A DNA stretch of 64,000 nucleotides, from contig CAYYDR010000001.1 of the NCBI GenBank assembly GCA_964470695.1, positions 529,997 to 593,996 of the forward strand. The letters are read 5' to 3'. The position numbers were made by a program, and so were the translations under genes. The notes under the pieces are model-generated. The model had not been told where the DNA came from, did no database searches, and was given only the letters and a program-made list of their open reading frames with translations. Origin of the DNA: an uncultured Gammaproteobacteria bacterium (GTDB lineage: Bacteria > Patescibacteriota > Patescibacteriia > Patescibacteriales > UBA12465). Positions 9,252 to 18,556 of this stretch are shown here, one piece after another (position 1 is the stretch's first letter; every line of letters begins with the position of its first letter).

Positions 9252-9767
9252 TTATATTATAGATTTTAGAGCCTTAAGAGCTTCTGGCAAAAGAGGCAAA
9301 ACAATATTTACAACTTTTAAGAGATAAGGAGATACTATTGAAGCGGCTATTTGCTCGCTAAAAAAGTTACCCATGGGGATATATCTAGAAACTACATATA
9401 TTATTAATCCGAGAAATAAAGCTCCCTCAAAAATACCCAAAATACCGCCTAAAATATTATTAATATACTTACTGCCGGGTATAATCGCGATTATTTTAAA
9501 GGCTTTTTCAATTAAAGCAAAAGCTAAATCTGATAGCTTGGCGGCTAAAATAAATAAAATAATGAAGGCGATTATTTTGCCGATATTTTCATGCCCCGCC
9601 GCTAAATTATGCCACCAGCCGAAAAAAGCTAAATAAAAATGGCTAGCAACATAGGCGCCGACAATTAAACCAATAACTCGGCCCACCAGGCGAATTAAGC
9701 CTTGGAACAAGCCACTGACCAGGAAACCGCCTAAGATAACCAGCAAACTGATGTCGAAAATAGACAT
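9252..9767 (-). CDS. cvpA: CvpA family membrane protein
   Basis: 171 aa with 4 predicted TM helices. Starts with the N-terminal IFDISLLVILGGFLVSGLFQGLIR pattern typical of CvpA. Its stop abuts the tsaC start. Confidence 0.7.
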   Translation of the reverse strand: MSIFDISLLVILGGFLVSGLFQGLIRLVGRVIGLIVGAYVASHFYLAFFGWWHNLAAGHENIGKIIAFIILFILAAKLSDLAFALIEKAFKIIAIIPGSKYINNILGGILGIFEGALFLGLIIYVVSRYIPMGNFFSEQIAASIVSPYLLKVVNIVLPLLPEALKALKSII

Positions 9768-9786
9768 ACGTTTATTTGATTATAAA

Positions 9787-11235
9787 TTATATTCTGGGAA
9801 ATAATATTTCCCCTTTTTTTATATTAACCGCGCTGAATTGCTTTTGGATTTTTTGGGCTGTAGATGGTAAAAAGGGCTCTAATATATAAGCGAGATTAAG
9901 AATATCTTGGGCGAGCGGTTTTAGAATTTTAGAAATTTCAACAGCATCCGTCATTTTCCAAGGAGCAGTTCTACTTAAAGTTTCATCGCAATTTTTAATT
10001 TTAGCCCAAACGTCCTGCAATATCTCATTAAAACGATAATCTTTCATTTTTTCGGAAAGACTCTTGGCCAAATCCTCTATCCCCTTGTCTTTGAGATCAA
10101 CCGATAAATTAGTGGCGATATCATTCTTTTCTAATAAATTAGAAACTCTAGCGGCTAAATTACCTAGTCCATTAGCTAAGTCGGCATTATATCGCTCTTT
10201 AAACTTGGCCTCAGAATAATCGCCGTCTTCAAAAGGAGGAATCTCTGCTAAAAGATAATAACGAACCGCATCGGTGCCATATTTTTCTACTAATTCAAAA
10301 GGATCAACTGAATTACCTAAACTTTTGCTGATTTTTTGACCATTAGCAGTTAAAAAGCCAAAAACCAAAACTTGGCGGGAGGCCGGTAAGCCCGCTGACA
10401 TCAACATTGCTTGCCACATCGCGCTTTGGGGCCGTAAATTATCCTTACCGCAAACCTGCAAGCCGGGCCAATATTTATTAAAGTCACCGTCTTCATTTGG
10501 CCAGCCTAAGGTAGAAATATAGTTAACTAAAGCGTCAAACCAAACATACATCACCTGACTGTCATCACCCGGCACTGGAACTCCATGAGGCATTTTCTCT
10601 TTTAAACGAGAGATACTGAAATCTTGCAGGCCAGATTCTACAAAAGTTTTAATCTCTTTTAAACGGCTGGCTGGCTTAACAAAATCCGGATTACTTTCGT
10701 AGAGGTTCAGGAGATTATTTTGATATTTAGAAAACCGAAAAAAATAATTTTCCTCTTCAATTATTTCTAATTCTTGTTTAGGATGAAGTGGGCAATGCCC
10801 GTTTTCCAAATCCGAATCAGTCTTTTCCATTTCGCAGCCCACACAATACTTAACCCGATAAGATTTTTTATAAATATCACCAGCCGCTAGGCATTTTTTC
10901 CAAAAGGCTTGAGCCGCTTCCTTATGGCTAGGGTCGGTAGTTCTAATAAATTTTGTATATGATAAGTTCAATTTTTCTTTTAAAGGCAAAAATTTGGCCG
11001 AGTACTCATCGCAATATTCCTGAATATCTAAGCCTAATTCCTGGGCTTTCTGATAAATTTTTAGCCCATGCTCATCAGTTCCGGTATTAAAAAATATTGT
11101 TTTCCCTCTCTGGGCTTGATAACGGGCGACAACATCAGCCTTGATTATTTCCGCCGCGAAACCAATATGAGGATCAGAATTTATATAAGGTAAAGTAGTG
11201 GTAATATAAAAATTATTTTCTTCCCGGCTAGTCAT
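9787..11235 (-). CDS. metG: methionyl-tRNA synthetase
   Basis: HIGH-type motif (PHIGF), KMSKS-type motif (KISKSLGN), Zn knuckle CVGCEMEK...CPLHP. Confidence 0.95.
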   Translation of the reverse strand: MTSREENNFYITTTLPYINSDPHIGFAAEIIKADVVARYQAQRGKTIFFNTGTDEHGLKIYQKAQELGLDIQEYCDEYSAKFLPLKEKLNLSYTKFIRTTDPSHKEAAQAFWKKCLAAGDIYKKSYRVKYCVGCEMEKTDSDLENGHCPLHPKQELEIIEEENYFFRFSKYQNNLLNLYESNPDFVKPASRLKEIKTFVESGLQDFSISRLKEKMPHGVPVPGDDSQVMYVWFDALVNYISTLGWPNEDGDFNKYWPGLQVCGKDNLRPQSAMWQAMLMSAGLPASRQVLVFGFLTANGQKISKSLGNSVDPFELVEKYGTDAVRYYLLAEIPPFEDGDYSEAKFKERYNADLANGLGNLAARVSNLLEKNDIATNLSVDLKDKGIEDLAKSLSEKMKDYRFNEILQDVWAKIKNCDETLSRTAPWKMTDAVEISKILKPLAQDILNLAYILEPFLPSTAQKIQKQFSAVNIKKGEILFPRI

Positions 11236-11237
11236 AT

Positions 11238-11936
11238 TTATGATTCTTGCTTATTAATTAAGACAACAAATTCTCCTTTTAAATTATTAGGTTCTGTCTC
11301 TAAAGTTAATTTTACCTCAAGCGGAGGGCCAGAATATAAGCTCTCAAACATTTTAGTTAATTCCCTGGCCACTATTACTTTTATGGGACTTTTTTGTTCT
11401 TCACTCATTTGAGCCAGTTCTTCTAAAAGACGGATAATACGATGCTTAGATTCATAGGCAATAGCTGGATATTCACTGGCAAAAACTTGGCGAAGCATAG
11501 TCTGTCTGCCCTTTTTATGAGGAAAAAAACCTAGAAATAAAAAACGGTCAAAACCATTGCCGGCGATAGATAGCGCTGCTCCTAGCGCCGAGGCACCAGG
11601 CACACTCTCAATTAATACCGCAGCACCAAGCTCATTCCTAACCGCCGATACTAAAGCGCTACCAGGATCTGATATTCCGGGAGTACCGGCGTCGCTTACT
11701 AACGCTAAATTCTTGCCGTCGCGAAGCAGAGCTATAATTTTATCAAGCTTGGTCAATCCCGAGTGTTGGTGATAAGAAATAGATGGCGTTTTAATATTAT
11801 AATGATCAAGCAATCTTTTGGTTACTCTGGTATCCTCACATAAAATATAGTCGGACTCTTTTAAAACCCTTAAGGCCCGCAAAGTAATATCCTCTAAGTT
11901 GCCTATTGGCGTTCCCACTATACGTAATGTGCCCAT
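11238..11936 (-). CDS. rsmI: 16S rRNA (cytidine1402-2'-O)-methyltransferase
   Basis: GTPIGNLEDITLRAL ... CEDTR ... DAGTPGISDPG. Start moved to ATG 11936 (MGTLRIVGTP), 1 nt after the stop of the upstream gene. Confidence 0.9.
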   Translation of the reverse strand: MGTLRIVGTPIGNLEDITLRALRVLKESDYILCEDTRVTKRLLDHYNIKTPSISYHQHSGLTKLDKIIALLRDGKNLALVSDAGTPGISDPGSALVSAVRNELGAAVLIESVPGASALGAALSIAGNGFDRFLFLGFFPHKKGRQTMLRQVFASEYPAIAYESKHRIIRLLEELAQMSEEQKSPIKVIVARELTKMFESLYSGPPLEVKLTLETEPNNLKGEFVVLINKQES

Positions 11937-11937
11937 A

Positions 11938-13665
11938 TTATTCAATATTTTCCCGTCTTTCTCGGACATATTTAGTCCAATCTTCAGCAATTTGCACTAA
12001 AACCTTGAATGGCGCTTCAATAATAAAATCAAATAGAAAAATAAAAATATTTATCTTAGAAAATTTTCCCGACAGCCAGCGACCCGCCATAATAATCGGC
12101 ATATAGAAAAGATCTAATAAAAAAGTAATTATATTTTCTTTCCTATCTACCACAATCAGCTCTTTTAATCCTTTAGTCGTCATGATACTGAAGAAACTAA
12201 CAAAAGCTAAAAAGAAGAGGAAAATAATAATGCTTACCCAGTTAAACTGTATTAGGGTTAAAGCGCGGATAATAAAATAGATTGATACGAAGAAAGCGGC
12301 GGTATAAACAATGTTAAATAAAGTATTCTTTAACCAATTGCGGCTGGGAGGACGACGTAAGGCAATGGGTTGCTTCTTCTCGCTGCCAATAAAACTAATT
12401 TCCTTGATTCCATTTACGATTTTATCAGTGTTATTACTCTTAGGCATCCGAGTAAAGAAAACAATAATAAACAATAAAACGGCTGGGAAAGTCATATTGA
12501 TGCCCAGAGAGACGGGATTAATTGGCTCTTTAAAAAATTGAATGGCTGGCACCTCAATCAGAAAAACAAAAATAGACTTAGTCAAAAGAATATAAATTAT
12601 ACTACGTACCGCCGCTCGCCAGAGGCGATGCTTGGCTTTTTTATATTTTTGATCGCAAACTTTACGAATTAAAGCTACAAAGCTCTTTTCTCCTTTTTGC
12701 AGCTCATTGTATACTTTAGCTGGATCAGCCTCAATTGTTTCCGCTAAAATAGAGGAGTAAAGCGCATAACGCTTAATAATCTTATCTAATTGCTTATTTA
12801 GGGGGTGATGAAGCTGCTGATTAATTGAGGTTCTTAGAGCGGAAAAATTATTAGCGATGCTTTTAATTATTCTAAAATCGCCATCCTCTAACTTCTCCTT
12901 CTTACTCATGGCCGCCCAATCGCTATTGTAATATTTGAATAAGACAAAATTAAGCATTTCTTCATCAAACTTCAAGAAATTACGACTGATACTAAGATAA
13001 ATTTGGATTTCTAAATCTGATTCATAGGGCAAATCCTTAGGAAGTTTAATGTCCTTAGATAAAACAGAAAAAAGATTATCAACTATTACCTGCTTAACCG
13101 GATTAGGCCCTAAATTCTCCTCTATTTCGCAAGCCGCCTGAATTAAAATCCAATGAATTGAATCATTTTTATTATCAATCAGCTCTTTCGCTTTGCCAAC
13201 ATCAGTTTTTATGTTTAATTCCTGATTAATTGTCTCCGAAATACAATCCTTTAAATAAATATATTTTTCTAGCATGACTGCCAGCTCAGCAATTTTTGAC
13301 TCTGGGATAGAATTATTAGCCAAATAGCTCCCTCTAATTAATTCCACCAGTAAATGTTCGGATATTTTAACGCTATCAACCGCCTTAACTACGCCCTCAA
13401 TTACTATCTGGCGCCGCAAAATACGTAAAATAGCATTCTTACGCAATAAATGTTCTTCATCATAATCAATCGCGTTTCTTATTTTTTCGTAAAAGAAGGA
13501 AAGACGGGAAATTAAAGTAGAGACATTAATCCGAGGCGTATCCTCGTCTCTTTCTTCTTGGCGAGTTTTTTCACTATAAATAACCTGAAACAGCTTTTTG
13601 GTTTTTTCATTGATTTCCACGGCTGGGCTGTCTTCGGTTTTTTTGATTAGATTTGGGCTAACCAT
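11938..13665 (-). CDS. hypothetical multi-pass membrane protein (about 340-aa soluble N-domain plus about 5 TM helices)
   Basis: 575-aa ORF. TM segments include IIYILLTKSIFVFLIEV, MTFPAVLLFIIVFF, VYTAAFFVSIYFII and VSIIIFLFFLAFVSFFSI. Its stop lies 1 nt from the rsmI start. Family not recognised. Confidence 0.7.
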   Translation of the reverse strand: MVSPNLIKKTEDSPAVEINEKTKKLFQVIYSEKTRQEERDEDTPRINVSTLISRLSFFYEKIRNAIDYDEEHLLRKNAILRILRRQIVIEGVVKAVDSVKISEHLLVELIRGSYLANNSIPESKIAELAVMLEKYIYLKDCISETINQELNIKTDVGKAKELIDNKNDSIHWILIQAACEIEENLGPNPVKQVIVDNLFSVLSKDIKLPKDLPYESDLEIQIYLSISRNFLKFDEEMLNFVLFKYYNSDWAAMSKKEKLEDGDFRIIKSIANNFSALRTSINQQLHHPLNKQLDKIIKRYALYSSILAETIEADPAKVYNELQKGEKSFVALIRKVCDQKYKKAKHRLWRAAVRSIIYILLTKSIFVFLIEVPAIQFFKEPINPVSLGINMTFPAVLLFIIVFFTRMPKSNNTDKIVNGIKEISFIGSEKKQPIALRRPPSRNWLKNTLFNIVYTAAFFVSIYFIIRALTLIQFNWVSIIIFLFFLAFVSFFSIMTTKGLKELIVVDRKENIITFLLDLFYMPIIMAGRWLSGKFSKINIFIFLFDFIIEAPFKVLVQIAEDWTKYVRERRENIE

Positions 13666-13825
13666 AAATAAATTAAGAATTAATACTAAAAATTAAGCTC
13701 AAAATAAGCCTATTTACTTAATATATTACTTATTTTTTATTTTACCTTGTCTTCCCATAAAAAGCAACCAAAAACCGCTTACTTATCCCTTTATTTCCCG
13801 ATACCACAATACCCACGAAAAGGAC

Positions 13826-13854
13826 TTGACATTGGGGCTAAGATTTTGTATTAT
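13826..13854 (+). promoter_or_regulatory. sigma70-like promoter of the secE-nusG-rplK-rplA cluster
   Basis: TTGACA (13826-13831), 17-nt spacer ending in TG, TATTAT (13849-13854). Confidence 0.55.
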
Positions 13855-13913
13855 TTCAATAGATAAAAAAGTGGCCTTGAGGGCTATTTTTAAATACCGA
13901 AACAAATAATTAT

Positions 13914-14099
13914 ATGAACAAAATCGCGACCTATATCCGCGAATCTATCGCTGAAATGAAAAAGGTCACTTGGCCGACCAAGAAAGAAACTTATAACTAT
14001 ACCCTACTCGTCATTGGGATAAGTTTGGGCGTCGCTATCTTTTTAGGAGTTTTAGATTATATTTTTGCACAAGGTTTTCAATTTATCATTAGTAGATAA
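13914..14099 (+). CDS. secE: preprotein translocase subunit SecE
   Basis: 61 aa with KVTWPTKKE followed by a single TM helix. Sits in the canonical position before nusG. Confidence 0.9.
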   Translation: MNKIATYIRESIAEMKKVTWPTKKETYNYTLLVIGISLGVAIFLGVLDYIFAQGFQFIISR

Positions 14100-14132
14100 A
14101 TTAACGGATAATAATATTCGTTCTTAAATTTT

Positions 14133-14678
14133 ATGGCCAAGCAACTATTAAACCAAGGCCGGCGCTGGTATGTCATCCATACCTATTCCGGTTACGAAGA
14201 AAACGTCACTCAGAATTTAAAACAGAGAGTGGAATCTCTGGACATGGAAGACAAAATTTTTAACATTCTGATTCCGACGGAAAAGAAAATTAAAATTAAA
14301 AATGGCAAACGCAAGGTAATGGAAGAAAAAATCTTTCCTGGTTATATTTTAGTAGAAATGGAAGTAACTGATGAATCCTGGTATATTGTCCGCAATACCC
14401 CTAATGTTACCGGTTTTATTGGTACTGGCACTATTCCGACCCCAATCAGTGATGCTGAAGTTAAGGCTCTGCAGAAAAGAATGGGAGTTGAGGATCCTAA
14501 ATTCCAAATTGACGTCAGCGTCGGCACTCCAGTTCGTATTAACGAAGGTCCTTTCAAGAATATGGAGGGCAAGGTCACTGTTGTTGATGAAGCTAAAGGA
14601 AAAGTTAAGGTTTCTGTTTCCATGTTTGGCCGCGAAACGCCGGTTGAACTTGATTTCTTGCAGATTAAGAAAATATAA
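14133..14678 (+). CDS. nusG: transcription termination/antitermination factor NusG
   Basis: NGN domain (WYVIHTYSGYE). KOW motif (GTPVRINEGPFKNMEGKV). Confidence 0.95.
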   Translation: MAKQLLNQGRRWYVIHTYSGYEENVTQNLKQRVESLDMEDKIFNILIPTEKKIKIKNGKRKVMEEKIFPGYILVEMEVTDESWYIVRNTPNVTGFIGTGTIPTPISDAEVKALQKRMGVEDPKFQIDVSVGTPVRINEGPFKNMEGKVTVVDEAKGKVKVSVSMFGRETPVELDFLQIKKI

Positions 14679-14718
14679 ATATTTATAAACCAGCGTTGCT
14701 TCTGCGCTAATAAATAAT

Positions 14719-15141
14719 ATGGCTAAAAAAATAAAGACTAAAATAAAATTACAGATTGCGGGCGGCCAAGCTAACCCTGCCCCTCCAGTCGGCCCAGCTT
14801 TAGGCCAACACGGCTTAAACATTGCCGGTTTTTGTAAAGAATTTAATGATAAAACCAAAGATAAAATGGGTGATATCATTCCGGTTGAAATTACTGTTTA
14901 TGAAGACAGAAGCTATGACTTTATCCTTAAAACCCCTCCCGCCGCTGAGCTAATTAAAAAAGCCGCTGGCATTAAAAAGGGATCAGGCAAACCATTAACC
15001 GATAAAGTTGGTAAAATCACCTCTGCCCAGTTAGAAGAAATTGCTAAAACTAAGATGCCTGATTTGAATGCTAACGATCTAGAGGCGGCTAAAAAGATTA
15101 TTGCTGGCACCGCTAGACAAATGGGTGTTGAAATAAAATAA
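14719..15141 (+). CDS. rplK: 50S ribosomal protein L11
   Basis: [26 protein letters not shown]. Confidence 0.97.
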   Translation: MAKKIKTKIKLQIAGGQANPAPPVGPALGQHGLNIAGFCKEFNDKTKDKMGDIIPVEITVYEDRSYDFILKTPPAAELIKKAAGIKKGSGKPLTDKVGKITSAQLEEIAKTKMPDLNANDLEAAKKIIAGTARQMGVEIK

Positions 15142-15214
15142 TAATAATTATTAATTGTGGGAGCTAGCTACTTTATTACTCAAGTTAACTAGCGCTATAC
15201 CACGACAAAAAACT

Positions 15215-15958
15215 ATGGCTAAAGAAAAAGAAGTTAAAGAAATTAAAAAGACTACTAAAAAAGTAGCCGCCCCTAAAAAGGTTAAAACCAAAAAAACCGA
15301 TTACTCGGCTATTTACGATCGTTTTAAAGCCTATTCAGCTGAAGAAGCTTTAGAGATAATCAAAAAATTAACCAAAACTAAATTTGATGCTTCAATTGAA
15401 GTCCACTTCCGTCTCGGCATTAATACTAAAAAAGGCGACCAGCAAGTTCGCGGCGCAGTTAGCCTGCCCAATGGTACCGGTAAAACCGTTAAAGTAGCGG
15501 CCTTTGTTTCTCCAGAAAATGAAGCGGCTGTTAAAGCGGCGGGAGCCGATTTCTGCGGCGGCGAAGAACTTATTAATGAGATTAAAAAAACAGAAAAGAC
15601 TGATTTCCAAGTGGCCATTGCTGAACCGGCTATCATGAAAAATTTAGCTATTATCGCTAAAATCTTAGGCACCCGCGGTTTAATGCCGTCGCCTAAAAAT
15701 GACACCGTCACCACTAACCCAGCCAAAACCGTTGAGGAACTAAAGAAAGGTAAAATAAGTTTTAAAAATGATGATACAGCTAACGTCCACACTGTTATCG
15801 GCAAAATAAGTTTTGATAATAAGAAGCTGCTAGAAAATTACCAAGTTCTTCTTGATACTGTAAAAAAGACTAAACCCGCCTCTTCTAAGGGCGTATTCAT
15901 CAAGAATATCAGCCTTTCTTCTTCCATGAGCCCGGGCGTTAAAGTCTCCCTGTCATAA
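15215..15958 (+). CDS. rplA: 50S ribosomal protein L1 (with Lys-rich N-terminal extension)
   Basis: FDASIEVHFRLGINTKKGDQQVRG ... LMPSPKNDTVT. Start placed at ATG 15215 (MAKEKEV...) rather than the track start at 15155. Confidence 0.92.
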   Translation: MAKEKEVKEIKKTTKKVAAPKKVKTKKTDYSAIYDRFKAYSAEEALEIIKKLTKTKFDASIEVHFRLGINTKKGDQQVRGAVSLPNGTGKTVKVAAFVSPENEAAVKAAGADFCGGEELINEIKKTEKTDFQVAIAEPAIMKNLAIIAKILGTRGLMPSPKNDTVTTNPAKTVEELKKGKISFKNDDTANVHTVIGKISFDNKKLLENYQVLLDTVKKTKPASSKGVFIKNISLSSSMSPGVKVSLS

Positions 15959-15984
15959 GTTAAATCTGCTAAATATCCTCAAAA

Positions 15985-16009
15985 ATAGGGCTAAATGCCC
16001 TATTTTTTT
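15985..16009 (+). terminator. intrinsic terminator after rplA
   Basis: ATAGGGC (15985-15991), loop TAAAT, GCCCTAT (15997-16003), then a T7 run. Confidence 0.65.
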
Positions 16010-16012
16010 GAT

Positions 16013-16041
16013 TTGACTTATAGGCTAAAACCGGATATACT
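16013..16041 (+). promoter_or_regulatory. sigma70-like promoter upstream of the RRM protein gene
   Basis: TTGACT (16013-16018), 17-nt spacer, TATACT (16036-16041). Confidence 0.45.
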
Positions 16042-16069
16042 ATTTTCAGGTAAGCAATTTTTAAAGAAA

Positions 16070-16092
16070 AGCGGACCATCCGCTCTTTTTTT
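16070..16092 (+). terminator. short hairpin plus T-run inside the leader of the RRM gene (possible attenuator)
   Basis: AGCGGA (16070-16075), loop CCA, TCCGCT (16079-16084), then CTTTTTTT. Lies about 25 nt after the predicted start site and 48 nt before the ATG. Confidence 0.35.
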
Positions 16093-16139
16093 AAGAAAAA
16101 GGTCGTCTTACGTTTAATAAAAATTTAGACAGAAAGAAA

Positions 16140-16397
16140 ATGAAAAAATTATTTGTCGGCGGCTTGTCTTTCAAGACTACCGAACAAGGTTTAGCGGACG
16201 CTTTCGCTAAAGCTGGTAAGGTTCTCTCAGCCGTCATCATCATGGACCGGATGACCCATCGCTCAAAAGGCTTTGGCTTCGTAGAAATGGAAAATGACGA
16301 TGAAGCGGAAGCGGCTATCGCCATGTACAACGAACAGGAACTAGACGGACGCAAAGTGGTTGTTAATGAAGCTCGTCCTCTAGAAAAGAGATTCTAA
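16140..16397 (+). CDS. RRM-type RNA-binding protein
   Basis: RNP2 LFVGGL and RNP1 KGFGFVEM. 85 aa, a single RRM. Confidence 0.9.
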   Translation: MKKLFVGGLSFKTTEQGLADAFAKAGKVLSAVIIMDRMTHRSKGFGFVEMENDDEAEAAIAMYNEQELDGRKVVVNEARPLEKRF

Positions 16398-16414
16398 TAA
16401 AATCTTAGATATGG

Positions 16415-16445
16415 AAAAAACACCGGCTATAAGCCGGTGTTTTTG
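16415..16445. terminator. bidirectional intrinsic terminator (RRM gene / nifU-like gene)
   Basis: CACCGGCT (16421-16428) pairs with AGCCGGTG (16432-16439). A6 run upstream, T-run downstream. Confidence 0.7.
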
Positions 16446-16470
16446 TTTTACTATTTTAAATTAGTTTAAT

Positions 16471-16914
16471 TTAAGATTTTTTACTCTTTTTGATTTTTAC
16501 CGGAGCTTTCTTTACTGAGATGGGCGCTTTCTTAGTCGTTAATTGCTTCTTCTCGTAGTCAGCAATGGCTTTTTTAAGCCCCTCTACCGCCATTATTGAA
16601 CAGTGAGTCTTCTGATGCGGCAAGCCGCCAAGTTCCTTAACGATTGACTGCCAATTGTATTTTTTAGCCTGTAGAATGGTCTTCCCTTTTATTTTCTCGG
16701 TTAAAACCGAAGCGGTAGCAATATTAGAAGCACAGCCAAAAGATAAAAACTTAACATCCTTAATCTTGCCTTTTTCAACCTTAAGAAAAAAGTTTAACTG
16801 ATCGCCACAGACCATATTGCCAATTTGCGCTTGACCATCCGGCTTCTTAATAGAACCAATATTTTTCGGTTTCAAGAAATGCTTAATAGTCTTTTTAGTA
16901 TAATTTAAAGCCAT
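16471..16914 (-). CDS. NifU/IscU-type Fe-S cluster scaffold with Lys-rich C-terminal tail
   Basis: The three scaffold cysteines sit in NMVCGD, SFGCAS and THCS contexts. The tail reads KKAPISVKKAPVKIKKSKKS. Confidence 0.9.
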   Translation of the reverse strand: MALNYTKKTIKHFLKPKNIGSIKKPDGQAQIGNMVCGDQLNFFLKVEKGKIKDVKFLSFGCASNIATASVLTEKIKGKTILQAKKYNWQSIVKELGGLPHQKTHCSIMAVEGLKKAIADYEKKQLTTKKAPISVKKAPVKIKKSKKS

Positions 16915-16931
16915 ATATTTTTAATAGATAT

Positions 16932-18086
16932 TTATTTTATCGGGCTAAAACTTCTTAGTCGCTTAATAGTATTTTTTAAACATTTAATAGTATAAACTAT
17001 TTCCGCCTTAGTATTGAAGCGGCCTAAGGAAAAGCGGATGTTACTATTTAAATAATTTTTATCAAGTCCAATTGCTCTAAGCACATAGGAAGCTTTGAGA
17101 TTAGTGGCCGAACAAGCTGAGCCAGTTGAAACGGCAATCCCCCGATGAGACAAATCCATTAAAATTGCTTCCCCTTCTACATAGCTAAACATTATGTTTA
17201 AATTAGCCGGCACCCGTTTAATTAATGAGCCATTTAATTTCAGACCCGGTATTTCTCGGTTTACGGTTTGCCAAAAATATTTTTGTAGGCTGCTAATCTT
17301 ATTTAGGTAGGCTTTTCTCTCCTTATAAGCTAACTCTAAAGCATAGGCCATGCCCATAATACCAGGCAAATTATAAGTTCCGGAGCGTTTTCCGTCCTCT
17401 TGGCCACCGCCACTAATAAGAGGCCTTATTTTAATTCCTTTCTTAGCATAGACTAAACCGACTCCTTTAGGGCCATAAAATTTATGAGCGGAAAGACTAA
17501 TAAAATCCAAACCCATTTTTTTAGCGTCTATTTCCAGATAAGGAACAGCCTGGACCATATCGCTATGGAAATAAGCGCCATTATCATGAGCTATTTTAGC
17601 GAGCGCCTTAATGTCTTGAATAGTCCCGATTTCGTTATTAACGGCCATCACAGAGACCAAAATAGTAGTATCATCAATAGCCGCCTGAAGCGCCTCAGGG
17701 CTTATTAGGCCGTCTTTATCAGGCCTAATAACCTCTAATTTAAAGCCCTCTTTTTCTAACTCAAAAGCTGACTCGCGCACACAGGGGTGTTCAATTTCGG
17801 AAATAATTATCTTATTTCTCTTGTCAGTACGGTTAGCCAGCGCCACTCCCTTAATAATAAAATTATTAGACTCGGTCGCGCCAGAAGTAAAAATAATATT
17901 TTCCGACTCTCCATTAATAATTTTAGCAACTATTTTTTTGGCGGCCAAAAGTTCACTATTGGCTTTTTGCCCTAGCCAATGAATAGAAGAGGCGTTAGCG
18001 TACTCGGTCGTTAAATATGGCTTCATTTTTGCTAAGACGCGCGGGTCAAGGCGCGTAGTAGCGGCATTATCTAAATAAACCTGCAT
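16932..18086 (-). CDS. cysteine desulfurase (NifS/IscS class I)
   Basis: PLP-lysine motif SAHKFYGPKG. Catalytic loop STGSACSA. Confidence 0.93.
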   Translation of the reverse strand: MQVYLDNAATTRLDPRVLAKMKPYLTTEYANASSIHWLGQKANSELLAAKKIVAKIINGESENIIFTSGATESNNFIIKGVALANRTDKRNKIIISEIEHPCVRESAFELEKEGFKLEVIRPDKDGLISPEALQAAIDDTTILVSVMAVNNEIGTIQDIKALAKIAHDNGAYFHSDMVQAVPYLEIDAKKMGLDFISLSAHKFYGPKGVGLVYAKKGIKIRPLISGGGQEDGKRSGTYNLPGIMGMAYALELAYKERKAYLNKISSLQKYFWQTVNREIPGLKLNGSLIKRVPANLNIMFSYVEGEAILMDLSHRGIAVSTGSACSATNLKASYVLRAIGLDKNYLNSNIRFSLGRFNTKAEIVYTIKCLKNTIKRLRSFSPIK

Positions 18087-18178
18087 ATTTCAATTTATTC
18101 TTATTTTATTAAAAATTTAAATATAGCAACATATTAAGGTTATATTTATTATAGCCTAATTATTACTATTTTTACAAT

Positions 18179-18209
18179 AAAAAAGCGCCTGTTTGTAAAA
18201 TCGGCGCTT
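18179..18209 (-). terminator. intrinsic terminator of the small basic-protein gene
   Basis: AAGCGCC (18183-18189) pairs with GGCGCTT (18203-18209). The A-run at 18179-18184 gives a U-run on the minus-strand RNA. Confidence 0.5.
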
Positions 18210-18234
18210 CAAATCTTAGAGGAATCCTAACTAT

Positions 18235-18486
18235 CTACCAACCAAGATAGGATGATCTAGAATTGCGGTTTCTCCATTCATCTTCTTTTTTCTTTAATGC
18301 TAATTCCTGTCTCTTACGTTCTTCAATCATCAGAAGAGCTTCATTGCATTTTTTTGTTTTGAGCTGTTCAACGGAGATTCCTAAAGCTGCAGCCTCAGCT
18401 TTTTCGGAGGCCGATCTTACAATCTTATTTCTCTTCTTTCTTGCTTGGCTTTTTAGCATACCGGGGGTCGTTTTGTTTTTTTGCAT
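18235..18486 (-). CDS. small highly basic hypothetical protein (83 aa)
   Basis: Own promoter-like element, a GGAG 9 nt before the ATG, and its own terminator. Sequence is K/R/E-rich and helical, ending in YLGW. The equally long plus-strand ORF 18263-18514 lacks such signals. Confidence 0.55.
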   Translation of the reverse strand: MQKNKTTPGMLKSQARKKRNKIVRSASEKAEAAALGISVEQLKTKKCNEALLMIEERKRQELALKKKEDEWRNRNSRSSYLGW

Positions 18487-18556
18487 CAGACTATCTCCTA
18501 TTGGTTTTTGTTGAGTTATTTATGTACAAATTTAAAACAATTTTTTCTGTTAATAA

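Noticed and set aside
11937-11990. Long start of rsmI (11990) overlapping the upstream gene by 53 nt
   Set aside because: The internal ATG at 11936 gives the conserved MGTLRIVGTPIGN start. It sits 1 nt after the upstream stop.
13666-13913. Possible tRNA (e.g. tRNA-Trp) upstream of secE, as in many bacteria
   Set aside because: I read the interval on both strands. I found no cloverleaf-compatible stems and no GTTCRANNC T-loop box.
15155-15214. Upstream start for rplA (15155), plus the idea of an L1-binding regulatory structure in 15142-15214
   Set aside because: - The extension MWELATLLLKLTSAIPRQKT is not L1-like.
- I saw GCTAG/CTAGC pairing potential but could not support a specific L1-mimic structure by eye.
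18263-18514. Plus-strand 83-aa ORF mirroring the small basic-protein gene
   Set aside because: The promoter, GGAG and terminator all fit the minus-strand frame. The plus-strand product is a Ser/Phe/Leu-rich shadow. The choice remains unproven.
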